This document shows positions 14,637 through 23,064 of a DNA stretch of 37,247 nucleotides, piece after piece. Both the position numbers and the translations under genes were made by a program. The stretch lies in the IMG/VR virus record IMGVR_UViG_3300045988_069188; one strand, written 5' to 3'. Numbering within the stretch: position 1 is the first letter of the stretch; each line of letters starts with the position of its first letter. The notes below the pieces were generated by a model, which was not told the DNA's origin, ran no database searches, and saw only the letters and a program-made list of their open reading frames with translations. Source of the stretch: a virus.

Positions 14637-14923
14637 TACCAGTACAGGATAAGAGCTGTGAGACATGCAAATACCAGAGCAGATATAAAACAGATGAACC
14701 ATGCGCACACTGTACCAAGAATGCGACGGATAACTATGAGCCAATGACAAACGGAGATTATATCCGGTCGCTCAGTGATGCAGATCTTGCGCAGATTGTA
14801 ATGTGCCCGAATGAGATAGGGTTTGATGAAGTAGAATGCCACAAGCATGATAAGTTTTGCCAGGAATGTACATTGAACTGGCTTATGGCAGAAAGAGAGG
14901 TTGAGGTGGATGAAAATATATGA
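14627..14923 (+). CDS. Cys-rich hypothetical protein (putative zinc-binding)
   Basis: 98 aa with CETCKY...CAHC and CHKHDKFCQEC motifs. The start overlaps the previous gene. Confidence 0.5.
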   Translation: MEIVPVQDKSCETCKYQSRYKTDEPCAHCTKNATDNYEPMTNGDYIRSLSDADLAQIVMCPNEIGFDEVECHKHDKFCQECTLNWLMAEREVEVDENI

Positions 14924-15158
14924 ATATAAGGGCAAGCATTATAGTGAAGAAGACACGTCTCTTTATGATGAGGATTATGGTGGAGATTTATATGATCTGT
15001 ATTGGGAATTAAAGCAGGATGGTGAATGTGATGAGGATACGGTTTATTATGCACAACCTGATGGAGAAAATAACTATTCAAGTCCAGAAGAATTGATTGA
15101 ATCAGAGTTTTCGGACTTAGTAATTGATGAGGAGGAGAGTGACGATGATGAAAGATAG
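14910..15158 (+). CDS. Highly acidic, Tyr-rich small protein (possible DNA mimic)
   Basis: 82 aa from the ATG at 14910 (AGAGAGG/GAGGTGG upstream). I count 30 D/E against about 6 K/R/H, plus 11 Tyr. Ends ...VIDEEESDDDER. Confidence 0.55.
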   Translation: MKIYEYKGKHYSEEDTSLYDEDYGGDLYDLYWELKQDGECDEDTVYYAQPDGENNYSSPEELIESEFSDLVIDEEESDDDER

Positions 15159-15576
15159 GTATTTATTCAAGGCAAAGAGAGTTGATAGCGGAGAATGGAT
15201 GCAAGGTTATTTATATGGCATTTGGGAAAAGAGATATATTCTCTGGGGAATGACAAATGATATTCCTAATATGATTGAAGTAGACCCGCCCACAATCTGC
15301 CAATGCACCGGCATGAAAGACAAGAACGGCAATCTGATTTGGGAGAATGATATTGTAAAAGATTTCTTCAGTGATGCGTGCGCACCAATTAGATATGGCA
15401 GTTATCAAAACTGTTTTGATAGCACAAAAGCAGAGCATATCGGATTTTATGTAGATTGGTCGGGAAAGTATACTAAATATTACAGAAAAGATTTTGGTTA
15501 TTGGATTCATATGGTTGATATAGAAGTTATTGGCAACATATTTGACAATCCAGAATTATTAGAAAGTGAGGAATAA
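15145..15576 (+). CDS. YopX-family protein, paralogue 1
   Basis: MMKDRYLFKAKRVDSGEWMQGYL...DPPTICQCTGMKDKNGNLIWENDIV...IEVIGNIFDNPELL is the YopX signature. GAGGAGGAG RBS. Confidence 0.85.
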   Translation: MMKDRYLFKAKRVDSGEWMQGYLYGIWEKRYILWGMTNDIPNMIEVDPPTICQCTGMKDKNGNLIWENDIVKDFFSDACAPIRYGSYQNCFDSTKAEHIGFYVDWSGKYTKYYRKDFGYWIHMVDIEVIGNIFDNPELLESEE

Positions 15577-15577
15577 T

Positions 15578-16018
15578 ATGACAGAGCGTGAAGCTATCGA
15601 AGAACTAAAATATGATTGCAATGAACTTGGTAAAGCAATTCCATGTGATACTTCATGGGGAAGTTTTTTTGAAAATGCTTATGGAATGGCAATACAGGCA
15701 CTTGAAAAACTTGCAGAGTATGAGGACTTAGAGAAGCATGGCAGACTTATCAAGTTACCTTGCAAGGTGGGGGATACAGTATGGGATATTGACTATGGCA
15801 TACCTTTTGCATGTACAATAACAGCCTTTTCATTTGGTGAATGTGAAGAATACATTTGTGAACCTGTTACAACAAAAGAAGTCGTATTCTATTATGCAAA
15901 ATCGAGTGGAAGTATCACAGGAAGTTTTGCAGAAAGTGCAATCGGTGAGTCGGTATTCTTGAAAAAATCCGAAGCAGAAGCAAAACTGAAAGAATTGAGA
16001 GGTGGAGAAGATGACTAA
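15578..16018 (+). CDS. Hypothetical protein
   Basis: 146 aa with AGTGAGGA RBS 7 nt before the ATG at 15578. Confidence 0.55.
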   Translation: MTEREAIEELKYDCNELGKAIPCDTSWGSFFENAYGMAIQALEKLAEYEDLEKHGRLIKLPCKVGDTVWDIDYGIPFACTITAFSFGECEEYICEPVTTKEVVFYYAKSSGSITGSFAESAIGESVFLKKSEAEAKLKELRGGEDD

Positions 16019-16277
16019 GATATTAAATAAATGTCCTATATGCGGCGGAAGATTAGAATACTCTATGTTAATGCAATTTACTAAAGATTATCAAATCAAA
16101 TTAAATGGTAGATTATCTAAAAACTCAAAAAATAGCGATGTATCACCTATGGAATGTGGTTTTATAAGCTGTACAGCTTGCGATTTCCATACTAATTGCG
16201 ATTTGGAATGTGAAGAAAATCATAATATAAAAATATATCAAGTGGCTGGAGTGTATATATATGATGATGAAAGATAG
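16011..16277 (+). CDS. Zinc-ribbon hypothetical protein
   Basis: 88 aa with CPICGG....CTACDF motifs and GGTGGAGAAG RBS. Confidence 0.5.
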   Translation: MTKILNKCPICGGRLEYSMLMQFTKDYQIKLNGRLSKNSKNSDVSPMECGFISCTACDFHTNCDLECEENHNIKIYQVAGVYIYDDER

Positions 16278-16758
16278 GTATTTATTCAAGGCAAAGAGAG
16301 TTGATAATGGAGAATGGGTTACAGGATATTATGTAAAAGGTTTAGATATGTATGACAAAGAAGTTCATCTAATATTTGAACCTGCCACAATATTTTATTC
16401 TAATGGCGAAACAGATGGGTGGAACGAAATAGACCCGCCCACAATCTGCCAATGCACAGGCTTAAAAGATAAGAATGGTAATCTTATTTGGGAGAATGAT
16501 ATTGTGGAACTCTTAGGACATAGAGGAGTTATCAAATTTACATGTGGCGGCTTTGGCATTGGATATCGAAAAAATATTGATTGGGAAGAAATACAAGCCA
16601 ATATCATGCGTATTACAGGATGTGAAAACATTTTATATGCTTGCGAAAACGATAATTATATATCATTGTGGGAAATCTATTGGAATTTTAATGATGAAGA
16701 TGACTGCTTAGAAACTGTTGAAGTTATCGGCAACATTTTTGACAATAAGGGGGTGTAA
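16261..16758 (+). CDS. YopX-family protein, paralogue 2
   Basis: MMMKDRYLFKAKRVDNGEWVTGYY...DPPTICQCTGLKDKNGNLIWENDIV...VEVIGNIFDN. Shares identical DNA blocks with 15144-15187 and 15281-15308. Confidence 0.85.
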   Translation: MMMKDRYLFKAKRVDNGEWVTGYYVKGLDMYDKEVHLIFEPATIFYSNGETDGWNEIDPPTICQCTGLKDKNGNLIWENDIVELLGHRGVIKFTCGGFGIGYRKNIDWEEIQANIMRITGCENILYACENDNYISLWEIYWNFNDEDDCLETVEVIGNIFDNKGV

Positions 16759-16761
16759 GAT

Positions 16762-16926
16762 ATGCCAAGAGTTGCAACAGAAATAGCAAGTGATCCGGAT
16801 TGGAGCCGTGCAAGCCAAATATCAGATAAACTTGGCAGGTCGAAATATCCGGCGTTATGGGCGTTCAGATTCATCCGTGAGTGGGAGCGCATCACGGATC
16901 AGATCAGAAGTGAGGTGATAAGATAG
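16762..16926 (+). CDS. Small hypothetical protein (54 aa, not in the ORF track)
   Basis: MPRVATEIASDPDWSRASQISDKLGRSKYPALWAFRFIREWERI... with AAGGGGGTG RBS. The stop abuts the GTG start of the next gene. Confidence 0.45.
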   Translation: MPRVATEIASDPDWSRASQISDKLGRSKYPALWAFRFIREWERITDQIRSEVIR

Positions 16927-17345
16927 TGAATATAGCGAAAGAGTACCTGAAGCAGGTAGAAACGCTTGATACGAAAATACAGCAGAAGAAGATAGAATTA
17001 GATAGCCTTAAAGATAATGCCATAGGATTGGGAGCATTTGACTATTCAAAGGAAAAGGTACAAACAAGTGAATCTGAATCATTGAGCGTGAAAGTAGCGA
17101 AGTATGTTGATTTTGAAAGAGAGCTGCAGGAGGATAATGCCAGATTTGCGGAACTCAAGCATAGAGTGATCAATCAGATCCACAGTTTGAACAATCCTAT
17201 CTACATGAAGATTCTGTTTAAGAAGTATATAGAGTACAAGTCATTAAAGGATATAGCATCTGAAATAAAGTATTCATATGACAGGACAAAACATATTCAT
17301 GGAGTTGCTCTTGAGGCATTTCGGATAAAGATTTTGAAAAGTTGA
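16926..17345 (+). CDS. Late-gene transcriptional activator (sigma-70 region-4-like; DUF1492/RinA/ArpU-type)
   Basis: 139 aa with GTG start. The C-terminal IYMKILFKKYIEYKSLKDIASEIKYSYDRTKHIHGVALEAF resembles a sigma region-4 HTH. It is the last gene before the packaging module. Confidence 0.65.
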   Translation: MNIAKEYLKQVETLDTKIQQKKIELDSLKDNAIGLGAFDYSKEKVQTSESESLSVKVAKYVDFERELQEDNARFAELKHRVINQIHSLNNPIYMKILFKKYIEYKSLKDIASEIKYSYDRTKHIHGVALEAFRIKILKS

Positions 17346-17397
17346 CACCAAATAGCACCATTTAGCACCGAATAGCACCTAGCAACTGTGATATACT
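17346..17397 (+). promoter_or_regulatory. Putative activator-dependent late promoter: four CACC(n6) units phased at exactly 10 bp, plus an extended -10
   Basis: CACC at 17346, 17356, 17366 and 17376 (tagcacc x3). TGaTATACT at 17389-17397. No TTGACA-like hexamer at the -35 position. Confidence 0.5.
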
Positions 17398-17428
17398 GTA
17401 GTGGTAAAATTATATAGTATTGATTCAT

Positions 17429-17463
17429 AAGGGACATAGCCGTTGCCATAGGTTGTGTCCCTT
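17429..17463 (+). terminator. Terminator-like hairpin in the late-operon leader
   Basis: aagggaca (17429-17436) / tgtccctt (17456-17463), with further G-U-tolerant pairing inside, followed by tcctttat. Confidence 0.4.
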
Positions 17464-17471
17464 TCCTTTAT

Positions 17472-17547
17472 GCCCAGTGGTTATACAAACCCTCTCCCAC
17501 CCCTTTAATGTGAATGATAATCTCTTGCCACTGGGCTATTTTGTTTG
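17472..17547 (+). other. Long-range 9-bp inverted repeat enclosing a 47-nt C-rich loop, followed by a U-rich tract; structured leader element
   Basis: gcccagtgg (17472-17480) / ccactgggc (17528-17536), then tattttgtttg. The loop contains ccctctcccacccc. Confidence 0.4.
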
Positions 17548-17556
17548 AGGTGTGAT

Positions 17557-17787
17557 ATGAGTGAGATTAAAAGGTTTGAGGTCGTGAGGCCTGAATATAG
17601 TTTTGAATACATACATCCTGTACTTGGTAGATTGGCATTACCGATAGCCATGATAAAGGTGATGGTTAAGTGCACTAAGATATACAAACTTCAGCCGACT
17701 ATAAAGTTGGGTGTGAAAGTAAAGAGTGTATGTAAACCGCTGTACAAGATTGTGATCCCGAAGAGAGTGAGAAAGAAACAGAAGTAA
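17557..17787 (+). CDS. Small basic hypothetical protein
   Basis: 76 aa from the ATG at 17557 with GAGGTG RBS. Lys-rich C-terminus. Confidence 0.5.
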   Translation: MSEIKRFEVVRPEYSFEYIHPVLGRLALPIAMIKVMVKCTKIYKLQPTIKLGVKVKSVCKPLYKIVIPKRVRKKQK

Positions 17788-17807
17788 TAGAAAGAAGGTG
17801 TGACATT

Positions 17808-18302
17808 ATGGCTAAACTGACAGCTAAACAGCAGAGATTCTGTGATGAATACCTGATTGACCTTAATGCCACACAGGCGGCTATAAGGGCGGGATACTCA
17901 AAGAAAACAGCATATAAGGCAAGTGATTGGCTGAATGAAAAAAGCCAAGAAAAACCAAGTTCAAAATTTAATAGAGCTATGAGGGAGTACATAGACAATA
18001 GACTGGCCGAGAAAGAAAAAGCCTTAATTGCCGATCAGGACGAAGTCCTTAAGTATCTCACTTCTGTGATGCGTGGTGAAAGCGTATCAACTGAGATAGT
18101 TGTTGAGGGCACTGGTGATGGGTGCTCAGAAGCAAGGGCAATGGAGAAAGAACCATCGGAGAAAGAACGCTTGAAAGCTGCAGAGCTTTTAGGTAAGAGA
18201 TATGGTCTGTATACCGAGAAGGTGGAGGCTGATGTAGATGCGGATCTCAACATTAACATCGACTATGGCAATGATGACGATGCCGGCGGTGATGCTGATT
18301 GA
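17808..18302 (+). CDS. terS: Terminase small subunit (Terminase_2 / P27 family)
   Basis: MAKLTAKQQRFCDEYLIDLNATQAAIRAGYSKKTAYKASDWL is the canonical TerS N-terminal HTH. AAGAAGGTG RBS. Confidence 0.92.
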   Translation: MAKLTAKQQRFCDEYLIDLNATQAAIRAGYSKKTAYKASDWLNEKSQEKPSSKFNRAMREYIDNRLAEKEKALIADQDEVLKYLTSVMRGESVSTEIVVEGTGDGCSEARAMEKEPSEKERLKAAELLGKRYGLYTEKVEADVDADLNINIDYGNDDDAGGDAD

Positions 18303-19558
18303 ATATTAATATAAAAGCAAATCCGGGGTTCAAGGAAGTAGACCGGAGCAAGAAGCGATATATCGTGATGAAAGGCTCTGCAGGATCAGGGAAGAGTGTT
18401 GATACGGCACAGAATTACATATTGAGGCTAATGCAGGACAAAGGCAGAAACCTTGTTGCAATGCGGAAATCTGATATAACAAACAGAGATAGTACATTCG
18501 CTGAACTGACTGGATCTCTTTATAAGATATTTGGAGATAAGGTCGATAATTATTGGAAAATCAACAGAAGTCCGTTGAGCCTTACATGTAAACATAACGG
18601 AAACCAGATTATATTCCGTGGTATGAACGACGATAGACAGCGTGAAAAGTTGAAGTCAATCACATTTCCACGGGGTAAACTTACGGATGTATGGCTTGAA
18701 GAAGCCACTGAATTTACGCAGGCAGACCTAGAGATAATAGATGACAGATTGCGTGGAGAATTGCCACAAGGGCAGTTCTACCAGATAAGAATGACCTTCA
18801 ATCCAGTGAACAAAAACCACTGGATAAAGAAGGTCTTTTTTGATAGATACGATCCTGATGTGTTGACACATCACAGCACATATTTGGGGAATCGCTTCAT
18901 AGATGCGGCATATCACCGCCGTATGGAGCGTAGGAAAGAAGTTGATCCTGAGGGATATCAGATATATGGGCTTGGAGAATGGGGTGAGATAGGCGGTCTC
19001 ATTCTGCACAACTGGGAAGTTGCAGAGGTATCTCAGAATCTTAATGATTACGATGATATAGCAATAGGTCAAGACTTTGGATTTAACCATGCCAATGCCA
19101 TCCTTCTTCTTGGCATTAAGGATGACAACATATATATCATAGATGAGATATATGAGCATGAGAAAGAAACAGCGGAGATCATACCGCTGGCAATTAAGCA
19201 TGCTATCCCAACTAATAAGATTATGTGGTGTGATAGTGCAGAACCGGACAGAATAAAGACCTGGAAGGGTGCTGGATATAGAGCCAAGGGAGTTAACAAA
19301 GGTGGTTCAAACGGATCTGTAAAAGCGCAGATAGACTGGTTGAAAGGTGTGACAGATAAAAGCCATACAGTACGCAGAAGGATATATGTAGCCCCTCATT
19401 GTGTAAACACGATCAAGGAGTTGCAACAGTGGAAATGGAAAAAAGATGAAAAGACAGGCGAATATCTTGATGAGCCTGTACCAGTAATGGACGATGCAAT
19501 GGCAGCTCTTAGGTACGGCATTGAGGGATGGCGCAAGTCTCGTTCATGGCTGATATAG
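18299..19558 (+). CDS. terL: Terminase large subunit (PBSX/Terminase_3 family)
   Basis: 419 aa with a TTG start overlapping the terS stop. Walker A in YIVMKGSAGSGKS. C-terminal nuclease-like region includes MDDAMAALRY. Confidence 0.92.
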   Translation: MNINIKANPGFKEVDRSKKRYIVMKGSAGSGKSVDTAQNYILRLMQDKGRNLVAMRKSDITNRDSTFAELTGSLYKIFGDKVDNYWKINRSPLSLTCKHNGNQIIFRGMNDDRQREKLKSITFPRGKLTDVWLEEATEFTQADLEIIDDRLRGELPQGQFYQIRMTFNPVNKNHWIKKVFFDRYDPDVLTHHSTYLGNRFIDAAYHRRMERRKEVDPEGYQIYGLGEWGEIGGLILHNWEVAEVSQNLNDYDDIAIGQDFGFNHANAILLLGIKDDNIYIIDEIYEHEKETAEIIPLAIKHAIPTNKIMWCDSAEPDRIKTWKGAGYRAKGVNKGGSNGSVKAQIDWLKGVTDKSHTVRRRIYVAPHCVNTIKELQQWKWKKDEKTGEYLDEPVPVMDDAMAALRYGIEGWRKSRSWLI

Positions 19559-19564
19559 ATTAAC

Positions 19565-21043
19565 ATGAAGGAGATGGAAAAGGTGTTAACCACTGATGAA
19601 ATAAAGGTATTGATTGATAATGACAAAACATCAGACAAGAAGCAGTTTGCCAGAACAGGCGAACGCTACTATGACGGAGATCACGACATAAAGAAGTATA
19701 GATTGTTTTACTACAATGCTGACGGCAAGTTAGTAGAGGATCTAACACGGAGCAATGTGAGGATATCGCATCCGTTCTTTACTGAGCTTGTAGATCAGTG
19801 TACTCAGTATGTGATGTCTGGTGATCGTTTTGTTGTAGCAGATGATCAGAAGCTACAGACCTATATGGATAACTATTTTAATAACAATGACAGTTTTATA
19901 TCTGAACTATCAGACTGTATAACAGATAGTCAGGTAAAGGGCTGGGCATATATGTATGCATACAAAAATGCAAAAGATAAGATGGCATTTGCGGCGGCTG
20001 ATGCGCTGGATGTAATAGAAGTCAGAGAAAAAGATGCGGACGATGGATGCAAATATACGATATACCATTACATTGAACGCATCGACAAGGGTAGGAAGAT
20101 AATAAAACGCATACAGGTATGGGATGAAAAAGAAACATGGTTCTATACTCAGGTTGATGGTGGAGATATACAGCTTGATGAATCAAAGCAGGTAAACCCA
20201 AGACCGCATGTATTATATACACAAGGAGATAAGAAAGATGCTACTTACTTTGATGGATTTGGGTATATCCCATTTATCCGGCTGGACAACAATAAGAAAC
20301 AGTTTTCAAGTCTTAAACCGGTAAAACCACTTATAGATGACTATGATTTGATGGCTTCAAGCCTGTCAAACAATCTCATTGACTTTGATTCCCCAATCTA
20401 TGCAATAAAAGGATTTGAGGGAGATAATCTTGATGAGCTTCAGACAAACCTTAAGACAAAGAAGATAGTTGGTTTAGGGGAAGAGGGCGGAATTGACATT
20501 AAAACTGTTGATGTCCCATATCAGGCACGACAGGCGAAGCTTGAACTTGACGAGAAGAACATATACCGGTTTGGAATGGGGCTAAACACCGCCGGGCTTA
20601 AGGACACAAGTGCAACTACAAACATTGCAATTAAGGCAGCATATTCATTGCTTGATCTGAAAGCGAAAAAGATAGAGAAAAATCTCAAGAAGATGCTGCG
20701 TAAACTGGTTGAGATAGTCGTAGATGAGATTAACAATGCGGATGGAACCGCATATCAGGTTGAGGATGTCCGGTTTGAGTTTACTCATGAGATTATGAGT
20801 AATGCGCAGGAAAATGCACAGATCAAGCTGACAGAAGCACAAACCAGACAGGCAGAGATTAATACGATCTTGAGCGTTGCAAATGTGCTTGATGATGAGA
20901 CTGTAGTTAAGGCTATTTGCGATTGGTTAGATATTGACTATGAGGAGATAAAAGACAAGTTACCGGCAAAGGAAGAAGACGATACGAAAAAAGCGCAGGA
21001 TCTGTTGAAAGAGGTAAATGTAGAGACTGGTGGTGAAGAATAA
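19565..21043 (+). CDS. Portal protein (SPP1 gp6 family)
   Basis: 492 aa. LTTDEIKVLIDNDKTSDKKQFARTGERYYDGDHDI is the typical gp6-family N-terminus. The start is uncertain: GTG at 19583 has the best SD spacing (AAGGAG + 9 nt). Confidence 0.9.
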   Translation: MKEMEKVLTTDEIKVLIDNDKTSDKKQFARTGERYYDGDHDIKKYRLFYYNADGKLVEDLTRSNVRISHPFFTELVDQCTQYVMSGDRFVVADDQKLQTYMDNYFNNNDSFISELSDCITDSQVKGWAYMYAYKNAKDKMAFAAADALDVIEVREKDADDGCKYTIYHYIERIDKGRKIIKRIQVWDEKETWFYTQVDGGDIQLDESKQVNPRPHVLYTQGDKKDATYFDGFGYIPFIRLDNNKKQFSSLKPVKPLIDDYDLMASSLSNNLIDFDSPIYAIKGFEGDNLDELQTNLKTKKIVGLGEEGGIDIKTVDVPYQARQAKLELDEKNIYRFGMGLNTAGLKDTSATTNIAIKAAYSLLDLKAKKIEKNLKKMLRKLVEIVVDEINNADGTAYQVEDVRFEFTHEIMSNAQENAQIKLTEAQTRQAEINTILSVANVLDDETVVKAICDWLDIDYEEIKDKLPAKEEDDTKKAQDLLKEVNVETGGEE

Positions 21044-21045
21044 AG

Positions 21046-22320
21046 ATGGAGAATGTAACATATTGCAAAATAGATAGCAATTTGAGAAAGATTACACTTC
21101 CGGGAAATGAGAAGATACTCGGAGTATATCATGATAAAAATGTGACAAGAAAGCATTTTAAAATGCCGAGATATTATCAGGATAATGACATGTCTGAGTT
21201 CAGCATAAAGGTCAATTATGTGAATGAGGACAAGGAAACAGATTGTTATGCAGTCGATGACTTAGCTGTGACCGATGAAGATTATATCACATTTTCATGG
21301 CTTGTAGGTGCTACAGCTTGCAGAGTGCCTGGCATGGTTGGATTTGTGATCTGTTTTACTAAGGTAGATCACGAATCAAATATAACACAGGAATACAATA
21401 CAGAACTTGCGGTTGGAAAGGTTCTCGATGGCTGTGAATTCGGAGAAGTGACTAATGATAAGACGGAAAAAGATATAATTGCACAGTTCCGTCTGTCATT
21501 GCAGCAATTAAAAGATGAGCAGGACAAAGCTGTAAAGGAAATAGGAACAAGCATTGATGCTCTTAACAGAAAATTTGAAGATAAATGCACAGAAGTTGAT
21601 GGTTTGCTTGATACAAAGGCAAGCACAAAAGATGTGATTGTGAATCTTCTTCCAAAGAAGGCTGCCAGTACATTTACAAATATGGGAGTTACTATAAAAA
21701 ATGATAACGAAGGAGTATATACAGTAAGTGGAACTGCTGAACAAAATGTAATTTTTGGTCTTGGTGGTTGGATTATACCTAAAAAATTTAAAACAAAGTT
21801 GTTGGGCGCACCGACTGGAAGTAGTATTGATACATACTATATAGATTCTTCATCTGGAAATGCCTATGCAGAAGGACTTATTCTTGAACCAAATAAAATG
21901 ATTGGAGTTCCGCATATCGTCATAAAAGAAGGTGTAACGCTGAACAATGTGAAGTTCAAACCAATGCTTACAGCATGTTTGGATGCTACATATGACGACT
22001 ATGTACCTAATGTTGCATCTTCATATACCGCAACAACTTTTAGTAAGGTATTTTCAGAATTTGTTAATGCAACACAGAAAACAGAAAATGATTTAAAAAA
22101 ATCTGTCAGTGATGGCAAGACATTGCTTGCGGAGGCTATCACTGAAAAAGGAATTGATACCGCAAGCACAGCGTCGCTTAGCACGATGGCTAAGAATGTT
22201 AAGAAGATCCAGACAGCCGGTTACGGAGTGAGCGGTTATATTGATGCAATAATAGAAACAAGTGGTGGAATATTTGCAATTTACGGATTGTATACCGTGG
22301 AAGAACAGGAGGCGAGTTAA
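21046..22320 (+). CDS. Fibre-like structural protein of unknown role, inserted between the portal and MuF genes
   Basis: 424 aa. The N-terminal ~110 aa (ILGVYHDKNVTRKHFKMPRYY...FSIKVNYVNEDKE...ITFSWLV) resemble BppU-N/Ig-like fibre anchor domains. A coiled-coil segment follows. The motif DGKTLLAEAITEKGIDTASTASLSTMAKNVKKI is seen in Firmicutes phage fibres. Tightly coupled to its neighbours. Confidence 0.55.
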   Translation: MENVTYCKIDSNLRKITLPGNEKILGVYHDKNVTRKHFKMPRYYQDNDMSEFSIKVNYVNEDKETDCYAVDDLAVTDEDYITFSWLVGATACRVPGMVGFVICFTKVDHESNITQEYNTELAVGKVLDGCEFGEVTNDKTEKDIIAQFRLSLQQLKDEQDKAVKEIGTSIDALNRKFEDKCTEVDGLLDTKASTKDVIVNLLPKKAASTFTNMGVTIKNDNEGVYTVSGTAEQNVIFGLGGWIIPKKFKTKLLGAPTGSSIDTYYIDSSSGNAYAEGLILEPNKMIGVPHIVIKEGVTLNNVKFKPMLTACLDATYDDYVPNVASSYTATTFSKVFSEFVNATQKTENDLKKSVSDGKTLLAEAITEKGIDTASTASLSTMAKNVKKIQTAGYGVSGYIDAIIETSGGIFAIYGLYTVEEQEAS

Positions 22321-23063
22321 TGAGTGTCTTAGGATATAAGGTCATAAAACTGTATAAAGTAAAACCCGCACTTGGATCAAGTGCAGAAGAATATGAGGCT
22401 GATATAACGGATGCAAAGTTCACAGAAATAGCTACAGCATTAGGTTGTAATGTGCAGGTCATGGTAAGTGGTAGTAAGTGGTTGTTATACAAAGGCACCA
22501 ATACAGATAACGGTTGGTTGTGCCAGATCGTGTCAAATTATTTCGAGGTAAGAAGATACCTGAATGGTCAGGCAACATCAACGAATGTAGCTGGAAATAA
22601 TATGCAGTGCCGTATTTTACTAACAAATTCAGCGATCTTAAAGAATCTGTCATTGCGTTATTCAAAAGGAAAGGATGGAGCATCACTTTTTAAATTTGGA
22701 ACAGAGGAAAACACAATCTTACAATATTGCATCGCAGATGCATCTGTTATTGGAACTACTGATGAAAAAATTGCTGTGTATGGATATATTTCATCTGGAA
22801 ACTATACGTTCTCGTTATCAGACAGCACATCAATAACTTACAATTTAAGTAATGTGTATGGATTTGCTGATAATCTCGTTTTAATGTCAGCAATCGCATT
22901 AAAGGATAAAAATGCAATCATCGACGGTTTGTACAGATGCGATATAAATAAAAATTCAGACGATCACTATGTGTTTGATTTAAACAGCAAAAAGTATATG
23001 ACGAGTGACGGCGGGACACACATGAAGTGGTCAATCGAGCTTGATGATTCAATGTTAGAGTAA
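22320..23063 (+). CDS. Hypothetical beta-rich protein (possible distal or binding partner of the preceding fibre-like protein)
   Basis: 247 aa. The ATG directly follows the upstream TAA. No recognisable motifs. Confidence 0.5.
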   Translation: MSVLGYKVIKLYKVKPALGSSAEEYEADITDAKFTEIATALGCNVQVMVSGSKWLLYKGTNTDNGWLCQIVSNYFEVRRYLNGQATSTNVAGNNMQCRILLTNSAILKNLSLRYSKGKDGASLFKFGTEENTILQYCIADASVIGTTDEKIAVYGYISSGNYTFSLSDSTSITYNLSNVYGFADNLVLMSAIALKDKNAIIDGLYRCDINKNSDDHYVFDLNSKKYMTSDGGTHMKWSIELDDSMLE

Positions 23064-23064
23064 T

